From Isurus oxyrinchus (taxonomy: Eukaryota), in the NCBI GenBank assembly GCA_026770705.1, contig JANJGN010000039.1, forward strand, positions 10,292,001 through 10,356,000: a stretch of 64,000 nucleotides of DNA, written 5' to 3'. This document shows, piece by piece, positions 62,200-64,000 of this stretch; position 1 is the first letter of the stretch, and the number at the start of each line of letters is the position of its first letter. A program made the position numbers and the translations under genes. A model generated the notes under the pieces. The model did not search any database. It was not told the DNA's origin and saw only the letters and a program-made list of their open reading frames with translations.

Positions 62200-64000
62200 A
62201 TAAGAATACTGACATCAAAAAACAGCATGAAAGAGCGATGGAGAGATCAAAAACAGCACGAGTGCGGGGACTCTTGAAAAAGTGACGAAAGAACAAAGGT
62301 GAGAACTGATTGGTCAGTCACGGGGAAGTGTTTTACCCAGGTTAAGATATTTTATTTTATTTAAAATACATAAATAACATAAAGTTTCTTTTTTACTGTA
62401 TTTAACTTAAAGTAAAGAACGGGTGTTGTTTCAAACTAGAGGCATGACAGGGCAGCTCAGTCCCATGTTATGTGCCACCTTCAAGATGTGGGAAGTCTGA
62501 GACGCTCCTTACTTTCTGAGCAACAACGTGTGCAGGAAGTGCCGTCAACTGAAGCTACATGAACTCCGAGTTTCAGAGCTGCAGCAGCAGCTGGAGGCGC
62601 TGAAGCACATCGGCAAGGCTAAGAGTTTGATGGCTGGAACATTTGTAGGCATGGTGACCACAATGCAGACAGAGCTGGATTGGTAACCATCAGTCTGAAG
62701 TGATGTGTCAAACAGGTAGTCAGGAAATCCCGAGGGTGCATCTCGCTCGAGAGCTGTATTTCTGTGTTGGAAAACGGTGAGAGTGACGGTTCGGCTGGGG
62801 AGTGCAGCCAGGCTCATGGCACTGAGTGGCTCAGCTTCACAACGGGGAAGGAAAAAGAGGGGAAGGACAATAGGTGCAGGAGGGTCCATAATAATGCGAA
62901 CAGACAGCCGTTTATTAGGCCAGGATGGTATGTTGCCTCCCTGGTGCCAGGATCAAGGATGTCAGTGTACGGCTGAAGAGCATTCTAAAGTGGGAGGGCA
63001 AACAGACGGAGATCCTGGTATATATTTGTACCAAGGAAATCGCTGCAAAGAGGGATGAGGTCCTACAAACGGAACTTAAGGATCCAGGAAGCAGATTAAA
63101 AACAGGACCTCAAAGGTAGTGATCAGTGGACTTCTTCCAGTGCCACGCACTGGTGAGTATAGAAATAGGTGGTTAGTCCAGATGCATGCGTGGCTGGATA
63201 GATGGTGCAGGGGAGATGGCTTTATATTTCTCGCATATTTGGACGGTTTCTGGGGGAAGTGAGACCCGTAAAAGGCGGACAGATAGCACCAAAATTGCGG
63301 TGGGACCAAGATCCTTGCAGGGAAGTTTGGTGGTGTTGTTGGTGAGGGATTAATCTAACTTGGTAGGGGGATGGGAGCCTGAGAGTTTACACAGCAGGGG
63401 GAGTTGCACATTCAAACTTAGAAGAGAGAGCAGGTGAGTCTTGAAGGCATAGAACTTATAGGACAGTTAAGGCCGAAGTGAGTTTGGCAAGATTGAATTG
63501 TATTTACTTTAATACAAGAGGTTTGACAAATAAGGCAGATTTGAGGGCACAAGTTAACACATGGAAGTATGATGTCCCTGCTGCCGCAGACTCATGGTTG
63601 CGGGAGGGGCATTGTTGGCGGCTGAAAACCCCTGGGTATAGGTTCTTCAGGTGAAACAAGAAAGGAGATAAAAGAGGAGTGGGTTTCGCAATATTGGTCA
63701 AGGAATCAGTGACAGCAGTAAGGAGGAATGACATCCTAGAAGGCTGTTCAAAAGAATCCATATGGATAGAACTAAAAAAAAAGTTTAAAAATGGGCAATC
63801 ACATTACTTGGAGTGTATTACATGCCGCCAAACATTTATAGAGAATTGCAAGAGAAGATATCTAGGCAAATTTCAGAGCAGCTTAAAAATAAAAGGGTAG
63901 TAATATTGGGAGATTTAAATTTCCCCAAGTTTAATTGGTTTAGTCATAGTGTGGTAGGTTTAGAGGGAGTTCAATACTTACACGGCAACCAGGAGAGCTT
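62200..64000 (+). mobile_element. CR1 LINE 5' portion: ORF1 (zinc finger/leucine zipper + SGNH esterase-like) and start of ORF2 AP endonuclease, degenerate, runs off window
   Basis: MTGQLSPMLC....MWEV...VCRKCRQLKLHELRVSELQQQLEAL (~62443). MVCCLPGARIKDV..RL..IL..EG.Q.EI.V. LNCIYFN.RGL.NKA...WKYDV....SWL.EG and GGGFAILVKES...ESIWIEL (endonuclease). Confidence 0.88.

Overview
Eukaryotic, intron-containing, repeat-rich vertebrate DNA. The SINE/LINE content, the 69-bp minisatellite and the GPCR family point to a cartilaginous fish (shark-like), which is an inference. Most entries in the ORF track are translations of minisatellites. Two real gene systems can be read from the sequence. (1) On the + strand at ~5.8-20.7 kb is a spliced gene that the ORF track misses. 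Three exons encode a uromodulin/GP2/OIT3-type D8C(D10C) cysteine-rich 'decoy' domain. They are followed by eight paralogous ~96-bp phase-1/1 Ser/Thr/Pro/Glu-rich exons embedded in a 23-bp minisatellite, several with dead splice sites or a frameshift, and then a candidate C-terminal exon. No ZP domain is visible. (2) At ~24-61 kb is a birth-and-death cluster of GPR139/GPR142-like class A GPCRs: one intact large exon (57291-58204), four disrupted or truncated minus-strand copies, one inverted 3' fragment and two exon-1 remnants. Between them lie a young Penelope-like retroelement with a minimal hammerhead-like motif, CR1 and L2-like LINE fragments, a Vingi-like LINE, a Gmr1-order Gypsy remnant, SINEs, and tandem arrays with 18, 19, ~22, 23, 37, 41 and 69-bp units. 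The 37-bp array shows visible higher-order duplication.
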